Origin: Felis catus
Lineage: Eukaryota
DNA: 64,000 nt
Reading direction: 5' to 3'
NCBI RefSeq assembly: GCF_018350175.1
Contig: NC_058368.1
Location: 55,306,001 to 55,370,000, forward strand
Shown: piece by piece, positions 49,634 through 62,604 of the stretch
Position numbering within the stretch: the stretch's first letter is position 1
Layout of the letters: each line of letters opens with the position of its first letter
Made by a program: the position numbers and the translations under genes
Notes under the pieces: model-generated
Databases searched by the model: none
Told to the model about the DNA's origin: nothing
What the model saw: only the letters and a program-made list of their open reading frames with translations

Positions 49634-49840
49634 TAAAGCTTATTTATTTATTTTAGAGAGAGAGGGAAAAAGAGAGTAGAGAAGGGGCAGAGAGGGAGAG
49701 AGGGAGAAAGGGAGTCCCAAGCTGGCTCCATGCTGCCAAGAGCAGCACCCACCACAGGGCTCAATCTCATGAACTGCGAGATCATGACCTGAACAGAATT
49801 CAAGAGTCTGATGCTTAACTGACTGAGCTACCCTGGTGCT
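49634..49840 (-). mobile_element. CanSINE
   Basis: TSD acactg(a/g)atattta. Confidence 0.93.
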
Positions 49841-50032
49841 GGAACACTGGATATTTAAACATGGGAGAATACATAGAGAAAAGCAAAAATAGTGAGAAAT
49901 TTTATTCCCAATGTGGTGGTAGAAGCAACTAATTTAGTATTCCGAATAAAAAAGCTGTAGCTAATCATTATATAACCTACTAAGAGTAGATATTTTAGAC
50001 AACTAGATCTAAATACTAAAATACTCTTTTGA

Positions 50033-50490
50033 GAGGCGCCAGGATGGCTCAGTTGGGTAAGCATCTGAGACTCCAATTCAGGTCATGATCTCGTGGTTCC
50101 TGGGTTGGAGCCCTACGTGGGGCTCTGTGCTGACACCATGGATCCTGGAGCCTGCTTTGGATTCCGTGTCTCCCTCTCTCTCTTCCCTTCTCCAGCTTGT
50201 GATCTCTGTCTCTGTCTCTTTCTCTCTCTCACTCAAAACTGAATAAATATTTTTTAAAAATCTGTTGAGGGGCACCTGGCTCAGTCGGTTAAGCATTCAG
50301 CACTTGGTTTAAGCTCAGGTCATGGTCTCACAGTTCGTGGGTTCGAGACCACCCCCCCATGGAACTCTTCACTAACAGTGCAGAGCCTGCTTGGGATTCT
50401 CTCTCTCTCTCCCTCTCTCTGTCCCTCCTTCACTCTCTGTCTCTCCCTCTCTCTCCAAATAAATAAAATGTAAAAATTAAATAAAATAAA
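50033..50490 (+). mobile_element. Two tandem CanSINEs (50033-50260 and 50269-50490)
   Basis: Two heads and two A tails; related flanks aaaatactcttttga, aaaatctgttga and aaaatactttgttga. Confidence 0.93.
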
Positions 50491-50839
50491 ATACTTTGTT
50501 GACAGAACTTCCTTTAAAGACTGGCTAATGGAAATTCTTAGAACAGAAAGGAAATGATAGAAGCAGAAAGTTTGGAACATTGAAGAGAGAAAAAACAACA
50601 GAAAGAACAAAAATGTGGTTATATATAATAGACTTTCCTTTTAATAAGTTTTATAAATCACATAGGTGATTGCATTAAAAATTATGACACTATATGATTC
50701 TTAAGACTGTGGTATTTACTAGTAGGGAAGGTAAAAGCAACTAAGTTGAAGTAAGAGTTACATACTTCACATATACACAAACACAAATTCAAAATGGAAG
50801 ACACATACAAAAACACACAAAAAGATACACTCAAAACCG

Positions 50840-50884
<45 letters not shown>

Positions 50885-50886
50885 AA

Positions 50887-50928
<42 letters not shown>

Positions 50929-51145
50929 AGATAGGATTCTAAGAATATATTCAAGTAACTCAACAGAAAGACAAGAAAAGAGAATGAGAAACAGAAAACA
51001 AACAGAAAACAAAAAAATTATAGATTTTAGCCCTAACACACTAATTACCTTTAAAGTAAATGACCTAAATATATCAACAAAAGGCAAGATTGACAGAGTG
51101 GATAAAAAATATATGAACCAACTATATTCTCTATACAAGAATTGT
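50490..51145 (+). mobile_element. Old L1M (end of ORF1 to start of ORF2), containing (TA)n at 50841-50926
   Basis: attacctttaaagtaaatgacctaaatatatcaacaaaaggcaagattgacagagtggataaaaaa...aaccaactatattctctatacaaga resembles the L1 endonuclease N-terminus. Confidence 0.7.
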
Positions 51146-51589
51146 AATTGACCATAACAAATCATACAAAGATATTTCTTCACTTCAACAGAATTCTTTG
51201 TTTAGCTGTTATCTAACCAGAAAAACTTCTGCACAATTCAGGAATTCAAAAGCATCAATATTCCCAAATGTGGGTGATTGTTGTGATTCCCAGAACTCTT
51301 TAAGTTTACTCTTACTTTTATTCAATACTTCATGGTGGGATATCTGTAGGGTTTTTATTCTTTTCCTACAGGAAACCAGAGAATTACCTAGAATGCATGC
51401 AATTATGTTTGCAATGTCAATTCCTGTTTCTTTAAAATATCTACTGATTGCTTCATCTGTAAGTTTATGTAAGACTTAGTGTATATATTTCTATAATTTT
51501 CTTGCCTGGAATTTTCTCCTGACCATAGTGAATGGTGCCACTATCTACTTATTTGGTTACTTATCTACTTATTTGGTTACAAAACACAT

Positions 51590-52979
51590 TTTAGCCACTC
51601 TGACTGGCATGAGGTGATATCTCAGTGTGGTTTTGATTTGTATTTCCCTGATGAAGAGTGACGTTGAGCATCTTTGCATGTGCCTGTTGGCCATCTGGAT
51701 GTCTTCTTTAGAGAAGTGTCTATTCATGTCTTCTGCCCATTTCATCACTGGATTATTTGTTTTTCGGGTGTAGAGTTTGGTAAGTTCTTTATAGATTTTG
51801 GATACTAGCCCTTTATCCGATATGTCATTTGGAAATATCTTTTCCCATTCTGTCGGTTGCCTTTTAGTTTTGTTGATTGTTTGCTTTGCAGTACAGAAGC
51901 TGTTTATCTTGATGAGGTCCCAAAAGTTCATTTTTGTTTTTAACTCCCTTGCCTTTAGAGATGTATCAAGTAAGAAATTGCTGCAGTTGAGGTCAGAGAG
52001 GTTTTTTTCCTGCTTTCTCCTCTAGGGTTTTGGTGGTTTCCTGTCTCACGTTCAGGTCCTTTATCCATTTTGAGTTTATTTTTGTGAATGGTGTAAGAAA
52101 GTGGTCTAGTTTCATTCTTCTGCATTGCTGTCCAGTTCTCCCAGCACCATTTGTTAAAGAGACTGTCTTTTTTCCATTGGATATTCTTTCCTGCTTTGTC
52201 AAAGATTAGTTGGCCATACTTTGTGGGTCCAATTCTGGAGTCTCTATTCAATTCCATTGGCCTATGTGTCTGTTTTTGTGCCAATACCGTGCTGTCTTGA
52301 TGATTACAGCTTTGTAGTAGAAGCTATAGATGCTGGAGAGGATGTGGAGAACTGGGAACCCTCTTGCACTGTTGGTGGGAATGCAAACTGGTGCAGCCAC
52401 TCTGGAAAAGTGTGGAGGTTCCTCAAAAAACTAAAAATAAATCTACCCTATGACCCAGCAATAGCACTGCTAGGAATTTACCCAAGGGATACAGGAGTGC
52501 TGATGCATAGGGGCACTTGTAACCCAATGTTTATAACACTTTCAACAGTAACCAAATTATGGAAAGAACCTAAATGTCTACCAACTGACGAATGGATAAA
52601 GAAGATGTGGTTTATATATACAATGGAATACTACTTGGCAACAAGAAAGAATGAAATCTGGCCCTTTGTAGCAATGTGCATGGAACTGGAGAGTATTATG
52701 CTAAGTGAAATAAGTCAGGCAGAGAAAGACAGATACCATATGTTTTCACTCCTGTGTGGATTCTGAGACACTTTACAGAAGACCAGGGTGGAGGGGAAGC
52801 GGGGGGGAAGTTACACAGAGGGAATTAAGCAAACCATAAGAGACTCTTAAATACTGAGAACAAACAGAGGGTTGATGAGGGGTGAGGGAGAGGGGAAAGT
52901 GGGTGATGGGTATTGAGGAGGGCACCTGTTGGATGAGCACTGGGTGTTGTATGGAAACCAATTTGACAATAAATTTTAT
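51590..52979 (+). mobile_element. Felid L1 with twin-priming 5' inversion (inverted 51590-~52325, direct ~52324-52979)
   Basis: ORF2 peptides on minus (51569-51931, 51993-52202), then plus-strand C-terminus and 3' UTR; TSD aaaacacat at 51581-51589 and 52980-52988. Confidence 0.95.
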
Positions 52980-52984
52980 AAAAC

Positions 52985-53019
<35 letters not shown>

Positions 53020-53134
53020 TGGAGGTCTTTTCAGGTATATCACACACCTGAAGATTTCTACAACATCAAAAAAATAAACTCTATTGATTTTATATCCAAG
53101 ATATACATTGCTTGTGTTATTTTCCTCTTTTTAT

Positions 53135-53780
53135 ACAACTGCTACTCTGATTCAGCCCACCCTACTTAACCTCTGACTCAGACTATATTAGTCTTCTAAA
53201 TGATTTTCTACTTCAATTCTTGCCCCATTTGAATCATTTTCTACAAAGCAGATAGAATCATCTTTGTAAAATCAAAATCTCATTTCTGTATGTCTCTATT
53301 TAGGCCTTCTATTGCATTCACATTTTTCTTGAAATCTCTGTGACCAGTTCTACTACAACATAATGACATGGGACTCAACTTGATCTTCAAATCTTTCTTA
53401 TTTTTTATGTGTTAACAAAGTTTACTTCCATTTCTGAAAGAACTTTATGCTACACATCTACCTTGTCACACCATTTGTTCACTAGTACCTATTTAAGTCA
53501 GATTTCTGTTGCCACTATGCCTCTAAATATCTTCTGAATAAATAGCTTCCTGTGGACAAATCCGTTGGACATTTCTCAGTCTTTATATTGCTTGAAGCAT
53601 TTGCAAGAATTGAGAATACTGACTCTTCCTCAATCTTTTAAAACACTTTCCTTTTGGCCTATGGTGATTCTGCTCCTGTCACCCCTCCTAAAGTTATGTA
53701 CTTATATTTTTGCTATCCTCATTGTATTGTATTACTCTTTCCACTACTGAAATTTTAGATATTATTAAGGTTCCACTCTA
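53135..53780 (+). mobile_element. L2 LINE fragments
   Basis: catttctacaaagcagatagaatcatctttgtaaaatcaaaatct and ggacatttctcagtctttatattgcttga are L2-like motifs. Confidence 0.6.
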
Positions 53781-53851
53781 AGCCTTTAATCATTACTATC
53801 GTTTTTTTGTTATTATCACTTTTAGTATTATTTTTATTTTGTCCTCACTGT

Positions 53852-54033
53852 CAATAGTTCTCAACCAGAGTCACATAAGTAAGGACCACTGTAAGCCTAA
53901 TATAATATGTAAATTCCAGGGTGTTATTCCAGAAATTCTTATTTAATTGGTTTGGAGTGTGGCTCAAGTACTTTTTTTTTTTGCATTTAAGTTACACAGA
54001 TACATAAAACACTGATTTAGAACTCCTGGTGTA
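53852..54033. mobile_element. MER5-like (hAT-Charlie) MITE
   Basis: caatagttctcaac ... ccagaaattcttatttaattggtttggagtgtggctcaag ... tttagaactcctg. Confidence 0.65.
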
Positions 54034-55496
54034 GGCATTATTCACTCAGAGGTTAAATACCATCTTTATATACCCTTCCAAAGTGTAAATCTATAACCAT
54101 TCCCCATTCCCATTTTATTGAAGTCCAACAACCAACTGGATGTTTCAGGAGCATTTTTAATAAAATATTAGCAAACAAAAACAAAACATCAACTTCCTTT
54201 CCTTATGAGTGTGCATGTGCACATACTTACATATACACTCTAAACCTGAAGTTTTTGTGTTTTCCATCTCTTATTGGTTGGACTAGGGGCTAACTCGTTA
54301 ACCATTTTCCATTATAAGACAAAGAATTATGTCTCAGAGTTTAAATGACATTAGCAGTGACCATAGGATAGTAAGTTGAAGAATTCAAATTCACTTTTAG
54401 AGTCTACAAATTTCAAGATTAGTCTTTTCTTCCCAAATCCAAGATAATTTGTGAAGTGATTGAAAAGTGATATTGTTATCAAATATTTTTCTCGATTCAA
54501 ATTCCTTGATTGTGGCTTAAGTGTCCATTTGTTTTAAAAGTTTAAAAGTAAACCAAGTTCAAAAGATATAGTTCACTGACTATATAGAGTAAGTGGTAAA
54601 TTTGAAGCTTGACCTAGTGTCCAAGTAATTTATTGAATAATTTAACTGTTTCTCTTGCTGAACTAATTTGGTGTCAAACACCAGCATTACTATAACTGAA
54701 ATTAAAAAAAAATTGAGAGATAGGGATCACTAACTAGACAGAGTCAGAGAGAGACAGGAAGAGGAGAGCAAATCAACTGGCAGTAAAACATTAAGTGCTG
54801 ATTTATTAGTCCTAGTCTAGATCTCCTTCCCTGTCCGTGGCAACTATTTTGCTATCCTTTAATTGTTTTGAAGGGTTTTATCCAAATAATTAGTGGATAC
54901 TTTTAAATTACTCAGCGTGATTCTGTTGCTGAAAGTGATGTTGCTTATAAAAGAAAAAAAATAGTGACTATGTGACCTGTACGTTGAGCATGGTGATGAT
55001 TCAATGTAAGTATAATGTTCTAATTTTTTTCTACATTAAATGGAGGACATGAGGGGAAAGTATGGAGTACAGAAATAAATATGATAACTTCAAAATAATT
55101 ATAAAACACTATGGGGGATTTAACTAATGAGTCTGTAATTACTAGACCATAACATTTTAATTAAGGTTCTAATTTGAAAATATGGTTGGTTATTCACAGG
55201 GGTCTTTAAACTTTCTTCTTATTATAATTTAATTAATTAACCCAAAGTCACATTTGAAATTCTTTTAGCAAATTAGTCTAATAATTTGAAGGAAAATAAT
55301 GTAATCAGTAGGATCATGGGTTAACATGAAATTACCATAAAAAGTACAAATGTAGAATTCTAGTATGACTGAAATATATCCTATTATAAGCACTAAATAT
55401 GAACCAACATTTGAAAAGGAAAGTTATGTGCTTAACTAAGTTAAAAATAACTTCACAATATTCTTACTTTTTTACTACTACCTAAATAGGTATTTT

Positions 55497-56909
55497 TTTT
55501 TAAGCTGCTTCATTTGGGATCCAATTTTTTTTATATGAAATTTATTGACAAATTGGTTTCCATACAACACCCAGTGCTCATCCCAAAAGGTGCCCTCCTC
55601 AATACCCATCACCCACCCTCTCCTCCCTCCCACCCCCCATCAACCCTCAGTTTGTTCTCAGTTTTTAACAATCTCTTATGCTTTGGCTCTCTCCCACTCT
55701 AACCTGTTTTTTTTTTTTTTTTTCCTTCCCCTCCCCCATGGGTTCCTGTTAAGTTTCTCAGGGTCCACATAAGAGTGAAACCATATGGTATCTGTCTTTC
55801 TCTGTATGGCTTATTTCACTTAGCATCACACTCTCCAGTTCCATCCACGTTGCTACAAAAGGCCATATTTCATTTTTTCTCATTGCCACATAATATTCCA
55901 TTGTGTATATAAACCACAATTTCTTTATCCATTCATCAGGTGATGGACATTTAGGCTCTTTCCATAATTTGGCTATTGTTGAGAGTGCTGCTATGAACAT
56001 TGGGGTACAAGTGCCCCTATGCATCAGTACTCCTGTATCCCTTGGGTAAATTCCTAGCAGTGCTATTGCTGGGTCATAGGGTAGGTCTATTTTTAATTTT
56101 CTGAGGAACCTCCACACTGCTTTCCAGAGCGGCTGCACCAATTTGCATTCCTACCAACAGTGCAACAGGGTTCCCGTTTCTCCACATCCTCTCCAGCATC
56201 TAGAGTCTCCTGATTTGTTCATTTTGGCCACTCTGACTGGCGTGAGGTGATACCTGAGTGTGGTTTTGATTTGTATCTCCCTGATATGGAGTGACGCTGA
56301 ACATCTTTTCATGTGCCTGTTGGCCATCCGGATGTCTTCTTTAGAGAAGTGTCTATTCATGTTTTCTGCCCATTTCTTCACTGGGTTATTTGTTTTTTGG
56401 GTGTGGAGTTTGGGGAGCTCTTTATAGATTTTGGATACTAGCCCTTTGTCCGATATGTCATTTGCGAATATCTTTTCCCATTCCGTTGGTTGCCTTTTAG
56501 TTTTGTTGGTTGTTTCCTTTGCTGTGCAGAAGCTTTTTATCTTCATAAGGTCCCAGTAATTCACTTTTGCTTTTAATTCCCTTGCCTTTGGGGATGTGTC
56601 AAGTAAGAGATTGCTACGGCTGAGGTCAGAGAGGTCTTTTCCTGCTTTCTCCTCTAGGGTTTTGATGGTTTCCTGTCTCACATTTAGGTCCTTTATCCAT
56701 TTTGAGTTTATTTTTGTGAGTGGTGTGAGAAAGTGGTCTAGTTTCAACCTTCTGCATGTTGCTGTCCAGTTCTCCCAGCACCATTTGTTAAAGAGGCTGT
56801 CTTTTTTCCATTGGATGTTCTTTCCTGCTTTGTCAAAGATGAGTTGGCCATACATTTGTGGGTCTAGTTCTGGGGTTTCTATTCTATTCCATTGGTCTAT
56901 GTGTCTGTT
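55497..56909 (-). mobile_element. Young felid L1 (L1_Fc-like), 5'-truncated ~1.4 kb, with putative 3' transduction
   Basis: Perfect 16-bp TSD cctaaataggtatttt (55481-55496 and 56910-56925); CpGs retained; ORF2 C-terminal frame broken by one stop. Confidence 0.97.
55758..56909 (-). pseudogene. L1 ORF2 C-terminal region (with CCHC knuckle), single in-frame stop at 56151-56153
   Basis: ORFs 56151-56954 and 55758-56141 are in the same frame: [11 protein letters not shown]...[25 protein letters not shown]...YHMVSLLCGP. Confidence 0.93.
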
Positions 56910-58944
56910 CCTAAATAGGTATTTTATCTTTTCATCTCTCCCACCTATTTTCACGAAATATTTTTATATTACTATTATTCACTTTGACGGATACTTTGGG
57001 GAGTTCAGATTCTGAAAATGCATGAAATTATTTTGTTTGCATGTTTACTAAATTCAAATCATGCTTTGTATACTCTTCATTTGTTCATATATCCATCGAG
57101 CATGTGCAATTGCTCCAAGTAAACAGATGCAATAATAACACTAAGAGTTCAGTGTTCATGAAGAATTGACTATACATTAGATTTTTTTCTGACACATTAA
57201 AGATCCAAGACAAATTTAGTGGGTGGTGGGAGCAGGGAAGTTGACAGGTAGGCCAAGGATGCAGGAAGATGTTAATTCAAACTTTTTGAATCTCAATGAG
57301 GTAGAATGTTCTCTGACCTACAATAAAGATGAGGGCCAATAAAGGCCCATCATTCTATTTTACCCTTGGCAAACTATTTCAGGACTATCATAGATATAAA
57401 TTGTTGGCTATATAGAGAAGATCTAGTTTACCCATTAAACATAATTTTTGTTTATTCACCTGCTTTAAATGGATGACTGAAATGCCAGTCACGTTTAGGA
57501 AGTTAAAAGAAGTAGATCTTTATGTCAAATGTGCTCACTTTTTATTTACTTACAAACATTATGCTTGCTTTATTTTTAATACCAGTTAATCATTTATCAG
57601 ATACATAAAATTATTTATAACACACTCATTTCCCAATTTATTCAAAAGGAAAGAACTGGAAATCAACTGAAATTATACTTCTAATATCTCATTTCTATTG
57701 ATTTTTATTTTTCCACATCTAGAGAGATACAGATTAAAACTGACAGCCTAATGCAAAATAAACTGGTTTATTAATGATAATCTGAAGAATATATAATGAA
57801 TTTTGACTTCTTTTGTGGCTTTGAGCTTAAGAAACTTTTGAATAAAGAGTTTAAAAAAACTTAAAGAGAATGTAGAAAAAACATTAAGTATTTACCTCTA
57901 CAATGATAGATAAATTGGCTAGAAATAAATAGGTGTGTTTATAAATACACAATATTTTGGATTTACACTCAATTTTCTTTCTCCCTTCCTTCTTGAGTGA
58001 AAGGACATGGCATAAAAGTAAAAGCTATCCAGTAAAACACACAAAGATATGAACCATTTTAGATATATTCTATGGCCCCCTCAACAATCAGGCTAATGGG
58101 TAGATTAATATTCTCTATATTGTTGAAATCAATGGGGTATATGAATAAAACAGCATTTAGAATGTGTATGACCTATAAAATCTTTACTGTTAAATTGTAC
58201 ATTTTGTATAGCATGATAATTAGGCCTCATAAGGAGATAGTTGATACAAACATTTCTTTTGGGGAGTGAAATGTATAGGCTATATGATAATGCTGAATGC
58301 ATATTCTGTGAAGATTACCCTTCCCTGAAATATATCACACAAAATTCTACCAATAAGAATTTCATAGGATTTGACAAGCTAATATGCACCCTCTATCCAC
58401 CCCACCCACAGACCAATGCCATCAACAGTCAGAGTGAAGCCTTTTGTAAATCCAGACCAGGTTTAATTAAGAGTTCAGAGGCTTTCAGTTTAAGGTCTGG
58501 GACTCTTGGATTAATGTGGTATATTTAACAATAATACAACTACAGGAAGCATGAGTGGGTAGTTTGCATAGAGAAGTGGGGTGGTGAAGAAGTGAAATAC
58601 AATTTTCAAGCACTTTGTACTTAGAGTAAGGCAAATGATGACATTCTCTAATGCAGGATATACTTGAATAGTCTGAGTGTTTATGAAATATAAGATGCTA
58701 GAGGAATTTATACACAAGGAGAGTTTCAATAGTTAAGAGTGAAATAAAGACATGTAAGTAATTATAAAATGATAAACATTAATTTTAAATAAATATTAAC
58801 GGCCAGCAAAGCTCTAATGACTGTTTTCTGAAACATCCTTTGATTCCCAGCTCATGGAATTCTCTCCCTTGACATTCCTTCTACACTCCAATAACCAGTC
58901 ATTTTATGCTCAGTTTTGAGACACTTCTTCATCAATACATACAA

Positions 58945-59065
58945 TTAATAACTGTTAAGAAACTATCATGCATAAAGCACTGTTCTAAGTCTTGGGGTGA
59001 CAGCAATTAAGAAAAAAAGAGATTAAAAAGTGTTTTCCCCATGGAGCTTATTTCTAGTGAGGGCT
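58945..59065 (-). mobile_element. L2 3' fragment
   Basis: aagcactgttctaagtcttgggg...ccccatggagcttatttctagtgaggg. Confidence 0.65.
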
Positions 59066-59389
59066 CTTATGACAAAAAAAAAATTAATCTGGGTATGAAA
59101 TGGAGAAGGTCTTTATGATAACTCCATCCAACTGGGACACAGGTAGTTTATGTACCTTCTAAAGGCTTATGCACCTTCTCTGTGTGTGTATGTGAAAGAG
59201 AGAAACCTCCAAATATAAGAATTATGTCATAGACTGTGAGCTTAACTAGATATAACTGCATCTGTGAATTCATGCAGATCTCCTCTCTGGCCAATTAGGC
59301 TGAGAGCTGATCATTTAGGGTAAGAGAAAGTTTGAATAAAAGTGCTGCTTTCCAAGTTCAGAGACCATCCTCAGCTCTGGCTACCACTT

Positions 59390-59392
59390 ACA

Positions 59393-59453
<61 letters not shown>
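59390..59453. repeat. (CA)n(GA)n compound microsatellite
   Basis: Direct reading. Confidence 0.96.
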
Positions 59454-59455
<2 letters not shown>

Positions 59456-59834
59456 CCTGCCTTTTGTATGTTCCTTGAAAATATCTCCGAACAGGATTCC
59501 CACTGTATCAGGTGCCCTAAATGCACTTGGGTACCTGCAAAAAGACAACTGAACATTTCAGCATGTATATGGCTCAGAGCACAGTGAGAAAAGTATATCA
59601 TATCAGTAAGGACTGGGGCTTTTCAAGAATCTGGATGCCAAGTTCAGTGAAGGGATCAAGGGCTCTCAGCTCTTCCTCTGTTGTTGAGCCTCCAAAAGCT
59701 ACCTCTACTTCAACTCACCTATTTCAACTGATGCTTTTTTTGCATTTATTATTATATTGGGCAACACTAATGTTTATTCATTTCCATTTTACTCCATTGC
59801 ACAATAATAGGAATCAGAGGATATACATAAGCAT

Positions 59835-60215
59835 CTAATATACCCAAAGAAGTCTACAGATTCAATTCAATGTCTATCAAAATGCCAATAGTATTTTCCA
59901 CAAAACTAGAAAAATCATCCTAAAATTTGTATGGAACTACAAAAGACCCTGAATAGCCAAAATAATTATGAGTAAGAAGAATAAAATTGGAGGTATCACA
60001 ATCCCAGACTTCAAGATATACTACAAAGCTATAATAATCAAAACAGTATGGTAGTGGCACAAAAATAGACACATACATCAATGGAATAGAAGAAAGAACC
60101 CAGAAGTAAACTCATTTTTATATATTCAATTAATTGATGACATTGAGGCAAGAATATAAAATTGGGTAAAGCTGTCTCTTCAATAAATAGTGCTGGGAAT
60201 AAATGGACTGCTACA
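59835..60215 (+). mobile_element. Isolated internal L1 ORF2 fragment
   Basis: tacccaaagaagtctacagattcaa...aaaacagtatggtagtggcacaaaaatagacac...tgctgggaataaatggactgctaca; no 3' end. Confidence 0.88.
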
Positions 60216-60450
60216 ATTAACTGTCTTTCTATGATAGAAATCTTATTTTACATCTAGCAATAAGTTACTATATGGCTACATATATTGGATAAACTTACTT
60301 TGACAGAGTTTATGTGGTTCCTGGTTCAGCTGTATTTTTAAGGGTATTGAAAAGAATGAGAAAAGTAATCTCTGCGATTTGTCGAGTGTTTGTGTTTAGC
60401 AATGAGAAAAAATAAAATTGACATGTCTTCATAGCTTAGGACAAATTTAC

Positions 60451-60674
60451 TTTTTTTTTTTAATTTTTTTTAATGTTTATTTATTTTGGGGACAGAGAGA
60501 GACAGAGCATGAATGGGAGAGGGGCAAAGAGAGAGGGAGACACAGAATCCGAAGCAGGCTCCAGGCTCTGAGCCATCAGCCCAGAGCCTGACGCGGGGCT
60601 CGAACTCACCGACTGCGAGATCGTGACCTGAGCTGAAATCGGACACTTAACCGACTGAGCCACCCAGGTGCCCC
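60451..60674 (-). mobile_element. Young CanSINE SINEC_Fc-like
   Basis: CpG-rich near-consensus body; no clear TSD. Confidence 0.96.
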
Positions 60675-62604
60675 AGCTGCTACTTTGTTTTTATAAACCA
60701 TATATATCAGTGAAATACACTTACATAGATTTTTTTTCCTTAAGTTTGTTTATATGAGTATTTAAAAATTTCCTTGACTATAATTTAACCATTAAACTAA
60801 TCAATGGGCAAATACAAAAAGAATATGCCTCTTGAATATACACTATTTGTGTATCTACTCCAAAGCAAATTCAGAAACCTTTACTTGACATGAATATTAT
60901 ATTGGGCAGGGAATAAATTCACAAACAGTAAGATTTCAAACCTGAAGTTTGTATGAAGCTCAGAGGTATGCCCTTATAGGAAGACTTATAATACAGAAAT
61001 GAGAAAGTTGTTTAATCTTTACAATGATTGGTTATTACAATGGAAAGTATCCAGAGGCAGGGGGTGGGACAAATGTGATTATCTTATATCATTTAGGAAA
61101 TGACTTAAGTTTCATTGATAATTATCAGAGGCATTTAAAAGAAATGTTACTCTTACATTCATGAAATAAGCTAGATTAAGTTTTGTTTATGTGGCTTACC
61201 TGGATTTTGTCTGTTTGGTTCATCTTCAAGGCTGGTCTCCATTTTATTTTATTTATATTAACAATATAAACATACTTTTCCCCATAATGATACCAAGTAA
61301 AAATTTTAAAATCATTAATATCTCAAGTTATCATTGTAATTACTTATGTCCTATAATTGCTTATAACCATTACTCTTCTGTCAAACATTTTATCTATTTT
61401 TTCATCATAGGTTATGCCATGAATAAATTGAGAGTTTTTATTAACATTACTGATATAATAACCTTAGGTCAGTCTTTTTTCAAAGTGTCAGTATTTTAGC
61501 ATTCAGGAAAAAAATGGCTTTACTGAAATCAGTCAACAAGAAAACTTCTAATTTTTACGGTAAAAATAGAATGTCTAGATCAGTTACCATTTGCTTCTAT
61601 TCTCCCATATTGGTCCACAAGAAAAAGAAATGTGTTAGTCCCTCTCCTGACATTTAAAGGAAACAGTATATCCTATGGAGTACTTTACCTTTCCATTCAG
61701 CTTTTCTCTATAGACTTCGTTCCTTCATCAGATTAGTCTGCAGTGGTCTTCTGATGAGGAATTGAAGATACCAGTTTTCTTTTATTCGAGCCCATCAGGT
61801 AGCGAATACATTTATGCAGCTGTTCTTCAGCACAGGTAGCTCACTGTGGGTGACCATAAAAAGGTTCATTATTATTATTTGATATAGTAATTTGGCAAGC
61901 TGGGCTCATGCACTTTCTTATAAGACCATTTTGATATCTTATAAAAGGTGAAAAAAAAAGTTCTTTCAGGAAACCAGGGCACCATTTTATGCTTGAAAAT
62001 AAAAGTTGGCATCTTGAAAAATTAAAATTAGATTATACCTTTGTGCATTAAGTTTTAAGAGATAAGAAAGGACATACTGACTCTAAAAGTTTCTGCAACC
62101 GATATACAGCATTAAAAAAGAGTAACCATGTTGGTCTTCTTAATTCTGACTTTATTTTAGTTGTAGTAAAAGATAATTTTAAGCAGATTGTCTTTAACGT
62201 GCGGGCTGATGTTGACAGGTGAGTAATGTACATGCATTTTGAGGGAGTGGCATGGGGAAGACAAATACAAGTAATTGTACTTTTAAGTTATTTGGGTTTT
62301 ATTGTCATTTTTCTGGTCATTGTGTAATAATTTTGTGTACATTTACCAAACAGCTTTTTGACATAGCTTTTACTTTTCTTTCTTTCTTCTTTTTTTTTTT
62401 TTTTTTGAGTTTACCTAATCATCAAAGAATGTGTCCTCTAGGTGTATGCCAACACAAAATAAATTGAAATAAAATAAGATAAATAAAATAAAATACTCAT
62501 GGGCATTTTAACCTCCTCCTCAGTATTGTATAATCCTAGGAATAGTGAACACTGATGTTCTAAATATGCCCTGAGGAAGGAAGAGAACTAGGAGTACCTA
62601 ATGA

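Noticed and set aside
56151..56954. 267-aa ORF as a host gene
   Set aside because: It is the L1 ORF2 C-terminal region of a 5'-truncated copy. The first residues come from flanking DNA and it ends in a nonsense codon.
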